DNA from: Oscillospiraceae bacterium
Lineage (GTDB): Bacteria; Bacillota; Clostridia; Oscillospirales; CAG-382
Assembly: GCA_015063785.1 (NCBI GenBank)
Contig: SVTM01000003.1
Location: 7,285-71,284 of the forward strand
DNA length: 64,000 bases
Reading direction: 5' to 3'
The position numbers and the translations under genes were made by a program. The first letter of the stretch is position 1, and the number at the start of each line of letters is the position of its first letter. Below the pieces are notes generated by a model. That model did no database searches, had not been told where the DNA came from, and worked only from the letters and a program-made list of their open reading frames with translations. Below, in pieces: positions 17,828 to 26,719 of this stretch.

Positions 17828-18024
17828 TAGCTTTTCCGAAATTTTTCAAAAAAGTATTTTACATCTTAAAACTCGCCATTTTTACTGTTTTTGCGTATTA
17901 TATAAATACAAATATGTAAGTTTTGTCGAAAATAAGATTTTTTTCGTTTTTCCTCTTGCTTTTTTCTCTCTTAGGTTGTATACTAGACAGCGTACGAAAT
18001 TTTGCAAAGAAAGAGGATGTTACT

Positions 18025-19323
18025 TTGAACACACTTTTATCTGTATCTATTGCACTTATCGCAGGTCTTCTGATGACCCGTGTTTTCAAGCCGCTCAAGC
18101 TTCCGTCGGTAACGGCATATCTTATTGCGGGCGTTCTTGTCGGTCCTTATTGCCTCGGCGCATGCGGAATCGAAGGTCTGGGCTTCACATCGGCAGACGC
18201 CGTGCACAGCCTTGCTCTTATTTCAGAAGTGGCTCTTGCCTTTATCGCTTTTTCGATCGGAAACGAATTCCGTCTTGACGAGTTGAAGCAAACGGGCAAA
18301 CAGGCTCTTATAATCGGTATTTTCCAGGCACTTGCCGCAACACTTTTTGTTGACCTTGCCCTTGTGGGACTCATCATGCTTTTGCCCGGAAAGCTCTCCC
18401 TTGCCCAGGCTCTTACCCTTGGCGCCATCGCCACGGCAACAGCCCCCGCGGCAACCCTTATGGTCGTTCGTCAGTATAAGGCAGACGGTCCTTTGACCCG
18501 ACTTCTTCTTCCCATCGTTGCTCTCGACGATGCCATCGGCCTTATCGTTTTTGCCGTTTCGTTCGGTATTTCAAAGACCCTTGTTTCAGGCACAGTGGAT
18601 ATAATCTCGATTGTTCTCAATCCTCTTATCGAGATCGCTCTTTCGCTTATTCTCGGCGCAGTTATGGGCTGGCTTCTCACTCAGCTCGAAAAGCTTTTCA
18701 ACTCCAACACCAACCGTCTTAATCTTACCATCGGCATGGTGTTTATCACCGCGTCCCTTTCGATGTTAGAATTTCATATCGGTTCGATCGAGATCTCCTT
18801 CTCGTCGCTTCTCACCTGTATGATGCTCGGCACTGTTTTTTGCAACACCTGCTCGCTGTCCCACGATCTGATGGCGGCATCCGACAAATGGACCTCGCCC
18901 CTTTTCGCCGTTTTCTTCGTTGTCAGCGGTGCAGAACTTGAGCTTTCGGTCTTTGCCGACTGGGCGATCGTTGTTATCGGCATCATTTACATTCTCTTCC
19001 GTTCTCTCGGAAAATATTGCGGCACCTTTGTCAGCGCAAAGGCGGCAAAGTGTTCGCCCTCTATCTGCAAATATCTCGGTATTACCCTTCTGCCCCAGGC
19101 GGGTGTTGCGCTGGGAATGTGTACCATCGCCGCAAGCCAGCTGCCGGGACAGGGAACTCTTATCCGTAACATAACACTTTTTGCGGTACTTATCTATGAG
19201 CTCTTTGGTCCTATGTTTACAAAGATGGCTCTTACCGCCGCAGGCGATATCAAGCCCATGTCCGAAGAGGTCAAGAAGCGCCGTGAAGCAAAGCTTGCCG
19301 CAGTGCAGGAGAAAAAGAACTGA
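18025..19323 (+). CDS. cation:proton antiporter (Na+/H+ exchanger family, CPA-type)
   Basis: Polytopic membrane protein. LNTLLSVSIALIAGLLMTRVFKPLKLPSVTAYLIAGVLVGP is a typical N-terminus for this family. TTG 18025 has an AGAGGA RBS; the track ATG at 17923 is the alternative start. Confidence 0.75.
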   Translation: MNTLLSVSIALIAGLLMTRVFKPLKLPSVTAYLIAGVLVGPYCLGACGIEGLGFTSADAVHSLALISEVALAFIAFSIGNEFRLDELKQTGKQALIIGIFQALAATLFVDLALVGLIMLLPGKLSLAQALTLGAIATATAPAATLMVVRQYKADGPLTRLLLPIVALDDAIGLIVFAVSFGISKTLVSGTVDIISIVLNPLIEIALSLILGAVMGWLLTQLEKLFNSNTNRLNLTIGMVFITASLSMLEFHIGSIEISFSSLLTCMMLGTVFCNTCSLSHDLMAASDKWTSPLFAVFFVVSGAELELSVFADWAIVVIGIIYILFRSLGKYCGTFVSAKAAKCSPSICKYLGITLLPQAGVALGMCTIAASQLPGQGTLIRNITLFAVLIYELFGPMFTKMALTAAGDIKPMSEEVKKRREAKLAAVQEKKN

Positions 19324-20138
19324 TGAAAGATCTTCAAAACTTGCACACCCACTGCCGCTATTGCGACGGTGCCGACTCGACAGAGGAAATGGTGCTTGCC
19401 GCCATTGAAAAGGGTTTTGATTCTCTCGGTTTTTCCTGCCATTCACCAATGTTCTTTTCGCCAACGGTAGGGGTTTCACCCACAGGCGTTTTGCTTTATC
19501 GCGAAAGTGTGGCGCTGCTCAAAAAGAAATATGCAGAAAAAATAAAGCTTTACTGCGGTCTTGAGGTCGAAATGCTTTCAAATCCGCCCATGGACGGATA
19601 TGATTATCTCATCGGTTCGGTGCATTATTTTAAATTCGGCGACAGATACGTTGGTTTTGACCGCAACGCTCAAATGGTGAAAAAGGTCATTGACGAAGAA
19701 TTTTCAGGCGACGGCATGAAATACGCCGTGACCTACTACGAATATCTCTCGCAGCTTCCGCGGTACGGCAAATTTGACATCATCGGTCATTTCGACCTTA
19801 TAACAAAACATTGCGAAAACGAAAACTTTTTTGACACAGAGTCAAAAATCTACCGTGATGCGGCTCTTTCTGCCGCCCACGCCCTTGCCGGCAAAATCCC
19901 GTTTTTCGAGGTAAACACCGGTGCTATTTCAAGGAAATACAGAACAACACCCTATCCGCAAAAATCCATTCTTAAAGAGCTTAAAGCTCTTGGATTTGGT
20001 GCGATCATATCTTCGGATTGCCACGACAAGAATTTTCTTGACTGCGGTTTTGACGGAGCTCGTGAGCTTCTTGCAGAGTGCGGTTTTACCGAAAGATACA
20101 TTCTTAAAGATTCCGGCTTCTGCGCCGTAGAATTATAA
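19323..20138 (+). CDS. PHP-family histidinol-phosphatase-like phosphoesterase
   Basis: 271-aa ORF. N-terminal HTHCRYCDG metal-binding motif and HisJ/HisK-type PHP pattern. The ATG overlaps the upstream TGA by 1 nt. Confidence 0.75.
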   Translation: MKDLQNLHTHCRYCDGADSTEEMVLAAIEKGFDSLGFSCHSPMFFSPTVGVSPTGVLLYRESVALLKKKYAEKIKLYCGLEVEMLSNPPMDGYDYLIGSVHYFKFGDRYVGFDRNAQMVKKVIDEEFSGDGMKYAVTYYEYLSQLPRYGKFDIIGHFDLITKHCENENFFDTESKIYRDAALSAAHALAGKIPFFEVNTGAISRKYRTTPYPQKSILKELKALGFGAIISSDCHDKNFLDCGFDGARELLAECGFTERYILKDSGFCAVEL

Positions 20139-20153
20139 AAAACGAGGTTATCA

Positions 20154-21302
20154 ATGAATATTGTGACAGTTATAATGGCTCTTTTTTCGATAATCGCAGG
20201 CTTCGACCGCATTATCGGAAACAAAATGGGTCTTGGCAAAGAGTTCGACAAGGGCTTTATGCTTATCGGAAACATGATGCTTTCGATGACAGGTATGATA
20301 ATCATATCCCCCTTTATCGCCGATCTTCTCGAGCCTCTTTTTGACGCGATATATTCGGGACTTCACATCGACCCGTCGATAATCCCTGCATCCCTTTTTG
20401 CAAATGATATGGGCGGCGCTCCCCTTGCCGCCGAGGTGGCAAAAAACGAGAGCATCGGTCTTTTCAACGCCCTTGTGGTTTCGTCTATGCTCGGCTGTAC
20501 CATTTCATTCACCATTCCTTACGCCCTGGGTGCCGTGGACGAGGAAAACAGAAAAGAGCTGCTTGTCGGTCTTCTGTGCGGCATGGTCACCATTCCCATC
20601 GGCTGCTTTGTTGCGGGACTGATGGTGGGACTTCCTGTTATTGTGATACTTATCGACCTTGCCATTCCCTTCGTGCTTTCGATGATAATTGCGGTGGGAC
20701 TTCTTCTTGCCCCGAACGTTTGCGTAAAGATTTTCAGCGGCTTCGGATTTTTTATGAAAGCCATCATAACTGTGGGCCTTGTGGTCGGCGGAATCGGTTT
20801 TCTCTTTGATTTTCCCGGCATGGTTGCGTCGGAAAACGAAACTGTCCGAGCCATCGGCAACTTTATGATGCCCTTTGAAAACTTTTTGTCGGGACTTGAA
20901 ACGATGGAAAACGCCGCCATGGTATGCGTCAACGCCTCTATCGTAATGAGCGGCGCCTTTCCGCTGGTACACATCATATCAAAGCTGATCTCCAAACCTT
21001 TGAAAAAACTCGGTGGCGCAATGGGGATAAACGAGACTTCCGCCATGGGCTTTGTTTCAAGCCTTGCCACCAGTGTTACCACCTATGAAATGACGAAAAA
21101 AATGGACAAAAAGGGCATTGTGCTCAACTGTGCATTTACAGTCTCAGGTGCCTTTGTGGCGGCAGGACATCTTGCTTTCACCCTTGCCTTCGATCAAAGA
21201 TACATTTTCCCCATGATTGCAGGAAAACTGATCTCGGGTATCACGGCAGTTGTTGTGGCGGTCTTTATCTACAAAAGAATATACGAAAAAGAAAATGCAT
21301 AA
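20154..21302 (+). CDS. eutH: EutH-family (ethanolamine permease-like) membrane transporter
   Basis: 382-aa polytopic ORF. FDRIIGNKMGLGKEFDKGFMLIGNMMLSMTGM, ANDMGGAPLA and VTIPIGCFVAGL resemble E. coli EutH. No other eut genes lie nearby. Confidence 0.7.
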   Translation: MNIVTVIMALFSIIAGFDRIIGNKMGLGKEFDKGFMLIGNMMLSMTGMIIISPFIADLLEPLFDAIYSGLHIDPSIIPASLFANDMGGAPLAAEVAKNESIGLFNALVVSSMLGCTISFTIPYALGAVDEENRKELLVGLLCGMVTIPIGCFVAGLMVGLPVIVILIDLAIPFVLSMIIAVGLLLAPNVCVKIFSGFGFFMKAIITVGLVVGGIGFLFDFPGMVASENETVRAIGNFMMPFENFLSGLETMENAAMVCVNASIVMSGAFPLVHIISKLISKPLKKLGGAMGINETSAMGFVSSLATSVTTYEMTKKMDKKGIVLNCAFTVSGAFVAAGHLAFTLAFDQRYIFPMIAGKLISGITAVVVAVFIYKRIYEKENA

Positions 21303-21335
21303 AGAAGCACGTTCTTTATGCATACCTTCTTTTTG
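21297..21335 (+). terminator. intrinsic terminator after the eutH-like gene
   Basis: Perfect 10-bp stem GCATAAAGAA / TTCTTTATGC (includes the stop codon) with a 5-nt loop, then ATACCTTCTTTTT. Confidence 0.65.
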
Positions 21336-21339
21336 AAAA

Positions 21340-21381
21340 ACAAAAAACAATACAAATCGGGGACGGCAAATGCCGTCCCCG
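21340..21381 (-). terminator. intrinsic terminator after the BNR-repeat gene
   Basis: Perfect 10-bp stem CGGGGACGGC / GCCGTCCCCG with a 4-nt loop. On the minus strand it is followed by ATTTGTATTGTTTTTTG. Confidence 0.7.
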
Positions 21382-21387
21382 CAAATT

Positions 21388-22443
21388 TTATTTTTCGACT
21401 TTCAGCCATGCGTGATATACATTTACCGCCGCATCTCCTGAATAAAGGTCGGAATATTGGATGAGAAGACGGTTTGAACCGTCCTTATCCTTCAAAACGA
21501 TGTTGTTTGAATAATAGCATCCGCCGCGGCTTTGGCCGATATATGTTCCATCTTCCCAAATTGACCCATCCTCGGAGGAGTAAAGGGCAAATCCGCTGAC
21601 ATTTTCGGCTCTGCCGTGGAGAATGAAGATACCATCAATTATGGCAACCTGTGGATTTCTTATACCGATGGAAAGATAACAGGTGGAAGGCTCGTCCCAG
21701 GTGATTCCGCAATCGTGGCTTATGATGTGGTCCATATGGCGCTCGTCGTTTACGTTGTAGGCATAAACATGAAGATCGTCCTTTTCGTCGAAGATCATCG
21801 CGCCGTAGCCTCTGCCCATGGAAGGAACAGGAACGACACATACTTCTTCAAAAGTTATGCCGTCATCAACGCTTCTGTAGATGCGGTAAACGTGTTCTTC
21901 CTTTTCGCCGCAGAAAAATCCGTCTCCGGGGTTGCAAAATTCCAGAAAGTATATGATACCCTTGTGATATACGGCGTCATAAATTCTGCCTGCATAGGGC
22001 GATATTTCATAAGGTTCGCTCCACGACTTTCCTCCGTCGTCGCTGTAGACAGCGGTTGGAGTGTTCCAAGGCTGACACACCGAAACGGGATCGTTGCGAA
22101 GACAAAGCGCTACTATTCTTCCGTTGTCACAGCCAACGGCTTTTTCGACCGAGATCATCTGAAGACCGTCGGTAAAGCTTTCGTAGGCATAAGGAAGATC
22201 GTGTATCTCGGAAAACGTTTCGCCCGAGTCCTCGGAAAGTCGATATTCCACCCAGCCGTAGGTCGAATGGCCATTGTGTCTTACCGCGGAGCAGTTGGCG
22301 TTGAAGTCAATGACCTTGCCGGGGGCATATTCCACCATGGCGTGTGTCATATGTCCGCTTCTTTTGCGGCTTTCATTGTCTACGTAAAGTATGGGGTCGG
22401 AAAGACGAACTGTGTAATTTTTTCTTTTGATCTCAAATGCCAT
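21388..22443 (-). CDS. BNR/Asp-box repeat protein, sialidase-like beta-propeller, no signal peptide
   Basis: Four Asp-box-like motifs: SDDGGKSW, SVDDGITF, SHDCGITW, SSEDGSIW. Start set at ATG 22443 (AAGGAG RBS). Confidence 0.75.
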   Translation of the reverse strand: MAFEIKRKNYTVRLSDPILYVDNESRKRSGHMTHAMVEYAPGKVIDFNANCSAVRHNGHSTYGWVEYRLSEDSGETFSEIHDLPYAYESFTDGLQMISVEKAVGCDNGRIVALCLRNDPVSVCQPWNTPTAVYSDDGGKSWSEPYEISPYAGRIYDAVYHKGIIYFLEFCNPGDGFFCGEKEEHVYRIYRSVDDGITFEEVCVVPVPSMGRGYGAMIFDEKDDLHVYAYNVNDERHMDHIISHDCGITWDEPSTCYLSIGIRNPQVAIIDGIFILHGRAENVSGFALYSSEDGSIWEDGTYIGQSRGGCYYSNNIVLKDKDGSNRLLIQYSDLYSGDAAVNVYHAWLKVEK

Positions 22444-22457
22444 AAGAATTTCTCCTT

Positions 22458-23243
22458 TCAATCGTTGCCGAGGTGATATTTGCGAAGATTGTTCAGGTTT
22501 TCGCAGCCCTTGTCATAAACAAAGTTCCAGTCGGCGCCTGTTGTCATCATATCGGCTCCGAACTGCGACCAATAGCGTATTGTCTCGGGGGCATGACCCA
22601 CCGCAAGCCCGACGTATTTCTTGTGATCGCGAAGTATCTTTATTGCTTTTTTTACCACCTGCGTAACCTTTTCGTTTGTCACGTCGCACATAAGTCCCAT
22701 AGATCCCGAAAGATCATTTGGACCGATAATGTAGCCGTCGATGTAGGGGTTTTTCACCGCTTCCTCAAGATCGTTTATAAAATCAATGTGCTCTATCTGC
22801 ACAAAGCGCACAAGATCAAGGCTTATTTTATCGGTGTATTCCTTTGCATCGACAGCGCCGTATTTTATGGCACGCATGGGACCGAAGCCGCGGTTGCCAA
22901 GTGGCGGATAAAGGGTCATCTTAATAAGTTCTTCTGCCTCTTTTGCCGAATGTACCATCGGAAAAATAATACCGTCGGGATCCATTTCAAGTATCTTTTT
23001 TGTGGAGGTCAGATCGTTTTGCGGAACGCGCACGATGGCGGGAGTTCCGGTGGAACGGGCGGCGTTCAGATGGCAAAGAACTTCTTTGAACGAGGTGTAC
23101 GGGTGTTCGGTGTCTATCCAGATATAGTCATATCCGATGTTACCGAAAACCTCGCACAGCGCAGGATCGGTGAAGCTGACGATGGTTCCGCACAGCTTTT
23201 CGCCTTTTTTCATTCTTTCGCGCAGTATGTTCAAAAAAATCAC
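22458..23243 (-). CDS. HpcH/HpaI family class II (2-keto-3-deoxy-acid) aldolase
   Basis: 261-aa ORF. LRERMKKGEKLCGTIVSF...GYDYIWIDTEHP...AIVRVP is the characteristic N-terminal pattern of the family. GTG start. Confidence 0.8.
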   Translation of the reverse strand: MIFLNILRERMKKGEKLCGTIVSFTDPALCEVFGNIGYDYIWIDTEHPYTSFKEVLCHLNAARSTGTPAIVRVPQNDLTSTKKILEMDPDGIIFPMVHSAKEAEELIKMTLYPPLGNRGFGPMRAIKYGAVDAKEYTDKISLDLVRFVQIEHIDFINDLEEAVKNPYIDGYIIGPNDLSGSMGLMCDVTNEKVTQVVKKAIKILRDHKKYVGLAVGHAPETIRYWSQFGADMMTTGADWNFVYDKGCENLNNLRKYHLGND

Positions 23244-23272
23244 GACCTTCAGTGGATGATAATTATATTATA

Positions 23273-23302
23273 AATTGCAATATTATATAATACAATTGCA
23301 AT
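23273..23302. promoter_or_regulatory. direct repeat AATTGCAAT x2 spaced 21 bp (candidate AraC-type operator)
   Basis: AATTGCAAT occurs at 23273-23281 and 23294-23302 in the divergent aldolase/AraC intergenic region. The spacing equals two helical turns. Confidence 0.4.
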
Positions 23303-23316
23303 TTTTGTCAAAAACA

Positions 23317-23345
23317 TTGTAATTCTTGCAAATATGAGTTATAAT
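23317..23345 (+). promoter_or_regulatory. sigma-70-like promoter of the AraC-family gene
   Basis: TTGTAA (23317-23322), 17-nt spacer, TATAAT (23340-23345). Confidence 0.5.
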
Positions 23346-23383
23346 ACACGGCATAGAGTAAAATGTTAAGCAAAGGAAAAAAT

Positions 23384-24178
23384 ATGGCTGATCTTTTCGA
23401 AAAATATATCTTTGCAGACGGATGTCATTTCAAATACGCCAGAGGAAAGCCCGCTGTCAGCGGAAAAGAGTTTCATGACTATTACGAAATTGTGCTTTTT
23501 CTCGAAGGGCATTCGGAACTTATTTCCGAAAAAATACGCCTTGTACTTTCCCCCGGCACTGTGGTTTTTGTGCCGAAGGAAACGTTTCATCAATTTCACG
23601 TTACCGATAGCGACAGCTATCTCCGCTGTATTTTGGGATTTACCGAAAGCGACGGGGTGTCGCATCTTGTACATGACGTGATGAGCGAGATAATGGTTTT
23701 CCCTCGGCCGTCGGAAGAAATCCTTTCTGTATTTGCGACCCTGCGAAAAGCTTGTGACGGAGGGCTTTCGCAAAAAGAAAAAGAAATTTTGCTGGACAGC
23801 GCTGCAAAACAGCTGCTTATAGGTCGAAGACTTGAAACGTTTGAACCCACCGAAAAATACACGGAAGTTTCTGAGCTGACACAAAAAGCAATAACATATA
23901 TCGACGAAAACCTTTCGGGAGAACTCAGCCTTGCCGCAGTGGCAAAGGCTTCGAGGGTATCGGTCTCATCCCTGTCTCACAGATTCAGACAAGAGCTTAA
24001 TATTTCTGTCTACCGTTATATTACCGAAAAAAGGATGTCCCGGGTGAGGCAATATATCCGAAACGGAATGTCGCTTGCCGATGCATCTAAAATGAGCGGA
24101 TTCTGCGATTATTCGGGTTTTTACAGGCTTTACAAGACCATGTACGGGCAAAGCCCTTCGACGATAAAGAACAAATAA
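23384..24178 (+). CDS. AraC family transcriptional regulator (cupin-like sensor plus HTH)
   Basis: The C-terminal LSLAAVAKASRVSVSSLSHRFRQELNISVYRYITEKRMSRVRQYI...GFCDYSGFYRLYK is a typical AraC double HTH. ATG 23384 is preferred (AAGGA RBS); 23363 is the alternative. Confidence 0.85.
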   Translation: MADLFEKYIFADGCHFKYARGKPAVSGKEFHDYYEIVLFLEGHSELISEKIRLVLSPGTVVFVPKETFHQFHVTDSDSYLRCILGFTESDGVSHLVHDVMSEIMVFPRPSEEILSVFATLRKACDGGLSQKEKEILLDSAAKQLLIGRRLETFEPTEKYTEVSELTQKAITYIDENLSGELSLAAVAKASRVSVSSLSHRFRQELNISVYRYITEKRMSRVRQYIRNGMSLADASKMSGFCDYSGFYRLYKTMYGQSPSTIKNK

Positions 24179-24181
24179 AAC

Positions 24182-24210
24182 AGCGGCAGATGGTAAGATC
24201 ATCTGCCGCT
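24182..24210. terminator. bidirectional hairpin terminator
   Basis: Stem AGCGGCAGATG / CATCTGCCGCT with a 7-nt loop, then TGTGTTTTA. It lies between convergent genes. Confidence 0.65.
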
Positions 24211-24216
24211 TGTGTT

Positions 24217-25218
24217 TTATTCTGCCAAAAGAGTGCTTACGGGATATGCATTGGTATATGCTCTGTAAATACCGTTCACCACTTCAATTCGGACGTATTT
24301 GCAATCGGGATGGATAGAAAAGCTTGCATGATCCTCGCCTCTGACCAGCGAAGCGCGTCTGTGACCGGTGACAAGACGGATGATGTCGCATTTTTCTTTG
24401 GTTTCAATGTGGATCTTGCCGTCCTCGACGTAAAGAGAAGTGATCTCGGGGCCTGTGGAGCAATAGAAATTGCCCTTGTCAAAGGCGTCGATTATAGCTT
24501 CGTGGGTGAGTTTTTCGGCGCAGAACATGGTAAATCCGCCGCACATATCATGGGGACCGTGGTTGTCGTCGGTGGCAACGCACTTTATCATCTTGCCCTC
24601 GCGGAGAAAATCGTCATAAACGTGACCGCAATGCTCGTCCCAGCCTCCAACAAAACAACCGTGGTTGTAAACCTCAAGGTTGTCGATCTCGGTATATCTT
24701 ATGTACTTGGGATAATTCTCGACAGACCAGCAAGGGTGGTTGTATGTGACAATAAAGTTTTTGTCACGCAAAATCTTGAGACAAGCGTTAATATTTTCTG
24801 CAGAATAATCGCCTCTGTTAAAAGCTTCTCCGTCGGGACGCATGAGGGCACGCTTGTCCTCGTCCACCGACCAGCGCATCTTGGGAACGCGGTAGTCTAC
24901 GTCAAGACCGGGCTGGGTAAAATTTTCGCGGTCTCTCGGATAGGCACAGAAATGGGCGGTCTCGCAGTCAGCATAGTCATTGCCGTGGGGACGGTTGAAA
25001 TCCACCTCAAAGCCCGTTATGGTAAGAAACTCTTCGTCGTCAAGCTCGTAATGGCTGAAAAGTCCGTTGTGGTCTGTGAAAGAAATGACAGAATAGCCGT
25101 TGTCCTTATAAATCTTCTTCATTTCCTCGGGCGAAACATATCCGTCTGACCAACTGGTGTGGCTATGGAGATTTGCTTTATAAAAATTACAATTTTCAGG
25201 CAACAAAAATTTTTTCAT
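24217..25218 (-). CDS. PHP-domain metal-dependent phosphoesterase
   Basis: 333-aa ORF. N-terminal ANLHSHTSWSDG and later FTDHN and NHP motifs fit the PHP family. Confidence 0.8.
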   Translation of the reverse strand: MKKFLLPENCNFYKANLHSHTSWSDGYVSPEEMKKIYKDNGYSVISFTDHNGLFSHYELDDEEFLTITGFEVDFNRPHGNDYADCETAHFCAYPRDRENFTQPGLDVDYRVPKMRWSVDEDKRALMRPDGEAFNRGDYSAENINACLKILRDKNFIVTYNHPCWSVENYPKYIRYTEIDNLEVYNHGCFVGGWDEHCGHVYDDFLREGKMIKCVATDDNHGPHDMCGGFTMFCAEKLTHEAIIDAFDKGNFYCSTGPEITSLYVEDGKIHIETKEKCDIIRLVTGHRRASLVRGEDHASFSIHPDCKYVRIEVVNGIYRAYTNAYPVSTLLAE

Positions 25219-25368
25219 TTTTCTACCTCCTAAGGAAATTTGTCTTCCTTTTATAGATATATTTAGATTATATTACCATTCCAAATCCTTGTCAACATCT
25301 TTTTCTGTCAAATAAAAGCCAAAAATATAAAACAAATGTGAATTTTTAAAAAAATATCGACTTTTTAC

Positions 25369-25397
25369 TTGACAAATGCCGTTTTGGATGATATAAT
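25369..25397 (+). promoter_or_regulatory. consensus sigma-70 promoter of the ilvE operon
   Basis: TTGACA (25369-25374), 17-nt spacer, TATAAT (25392-25397); both hexamers are perfect consensus. Confidence 0.7.
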
Positions 25398-25429
25398 AAT
25401 CGACATAATTAAGCAAGGAGATTCCAAAA

Positions 25430-25546
25430 ATGATGGCATCAGCAACCGGTTTCGGCATAATTTGCAACGGTCTTATTATCGCTATTATTATTGCATACGG
25501 AGTGATTATTTCCAGCAATACTCATAGCGCTATTTGTCGTGCATAA
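25430..25546 (+). CDS. putative Ile-rich leader peptide (38 aa)
   Basis: The ORF is below the track cutoff: MMASATGFGIICNGLIIAIIIAYGVIISSNTHSAICRA, with 10 of 38 codons Ile. AAGGAG RBS at 25415-25420 with a 9-nt spacer. It sits between the consensus promoter and the terminator hairpin upstream of ilvE. Confidence 0.5.
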   Translation: MMASATGFGIICNGLIIAIIIAYGVIISSNTHSAICRA

Positions 25547-25599
25547 AACCGAAAAAGTTACTTGTGTCTGTCCCTTGCGGATAAAAAGTAATTTTTAAG

Positions 25600-25634
25600 G
25601 CTTGCGGCATTTAGCTGCAAGCTTTTTATTATTT
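25600..25634 (+). terminator. leader (attenuator) terminator upstream of ilvE
   Basis: Stem GCTTGCGGC / GCTGCAAGC (one G-U pair) with loop ATTTA, followed by TTTTTATTATTT. It ends 15 nt before the ilvE ATG. Confidence 0.6.
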
Positions 25635-25648
25635 CGGAGGAAAAAAGA

Positions 25649-26719
25649 ATGATCGATATCAGAATCGAAAAAACAACTACCCCCAAGGCAAAACCCGCCG
25701 ACGAAACGAAGCTCGGCTTTGGCAAAACTTTTACCGATCACATGTTTGTGATGAACTACACAGAGGGACAGGGCTGGCATGATGCCCGCATCGTTCCCTA
25801 CGGCCCCATCAGCCTTGATCCTTCCGCAATGGTATTCCATTACGGTCAGGAAATGTTCGAAGGTCTCAAAGCTTACCGTGGCAAGGACGGCAAGGCTCGT
25901 CTTTTCCGCCCCGACATGAACGCAAAGAGAGCTAACGATTCCAACCAGCGTCTTTGCATTCCTCAGATCCCCGAAGACGTATTCGTAGACGCCATCAAGG
26001 CTCTCGTTAAGGTCGACGAGGATTGGATCCCCACTGCAGAGGGTACATCTCTTTACATCCGTCCCTTCGTTATTGCAACCGACGAGTTCCTCGGCGTTGC
26101 TCCCTCCAAGACATACCTCTTCATCATCATTCTTGCTCCCAGCGGAGCATACTATGCTTCGGGTCTTGCACCTGTTGGCATCTGGATCGAAGATGAATAT
26201 GTAAGAGCTGTAAAGGGCGGCATGGGCTTTGCAAAGACAGGCGGCAACTACGCCGCAAGCCTTATTGCACAGGTAAAAGCTCACGACGACGGATATTCTC
26301 AGGTTCTCTGGCTTGACGGTGTTGAAAGAAAGTACATCGAAGAAGTCGGCGCCATGAACATCTTCTTCAAGATCGACGGCAAGATCGTAACTCCCATGCT
26401 CAACGGCAGCATTCTTCCCGGTATCACCAGAAACTCGGTTATCAATCTCTGCAAGTCCTGGGGACTTGAGGTTGAGGAAAGAAGAATCTCTGTTGACGAA
26501 CTCATCGAAGCTCAGAAGAACGGCAAGCTCGAGGAAGTTTTCGGCACAGGTACTGCTGCTGTTATCTCGCCCGTTGGCAAACTCCGTTACAAGGACGAGG
26601 TTATGACCATCGGAGACGGCGGCATCGGCAAGACCAGCCAGAAGATCTACGACACAGTCACAGGCATTCAGTGGGGAACAGTTGAAGACCCCTTCGGATG
26701 GTCGGTGGTCGTTGAATGA
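25649..26719 (+). CDS. ilvE: branched-chain amino acid aminotransferase
   Basis: 356-aa ORF. FGKTFTDHMF, YGQEMFEGLKAYR and the class IV aminotransferase pattern GGNYAASL...EEVGAMNIFF. Confidence 0.9.
   Translation: MIDIRIEKTTTPKAKPADETKLGFGKTFTDHMFVMNYTEGQGWHDARIVPYGPISLDPSAMVFHYGQEMFEGLKAYRGKDGKARLFRPDMNAKRANDSNQRLCIPQIPEDVFVDAIKALVKVDEDWIPTAEGTSLYIRPFVIATDEFLGVAPSKTYLFIIILAPSGAYYASGLAPVGIWIEDEYVRAVKGGMGFAKTGGNYAASLIAQVKAHDDGYSQVLWLDGVERKYIEEVGAMNIFFKIDGKIVTPMLNGSILPGITRNSVINLCKSWGLEVEERRISVDELIEAQKNGKLEEVFGTGTAAVISPVGKLRYKDEVMTIGDGGIGKTSQKIYDTVTGIQWGTVEDPFGWSVVVE

Noticed and set aside
17923-18024. Upstream in-frame start codons given by the ORF track for several genes (17923, 8093, 13122, 16529, 17827, 22461, 27603, 34517, 43038, 45155, 49248, 56819)
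   Set aside because: In each case an internal start has a much better Shine-Dalgarno sequence at proper spacing. The extension would also cover a promoter, operator, riboswitch or upstream gene end, or add residues atypical for the family. The longer forms remain possible alternatives.
25273-25518. 81-aa minus-strand ORF in the PHP/ilvE intergenic region
   Set aside because: It overlaps the consensus plus-strand promoter, RBS and Ile-rich leader ORF. It has no RBS and an implausible sequence.
25398-25648. T-box riboswitch as the ilvE leader
   Set aside because: The leader length would fit, but I could not find the conserved T-box core (the GGUGGUACCGCG-like sequence), AGAGA or a specifier-loop context. 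A translated Ile-rich ORF with a strong RBS fits better. This still needs a covariance-model scan.
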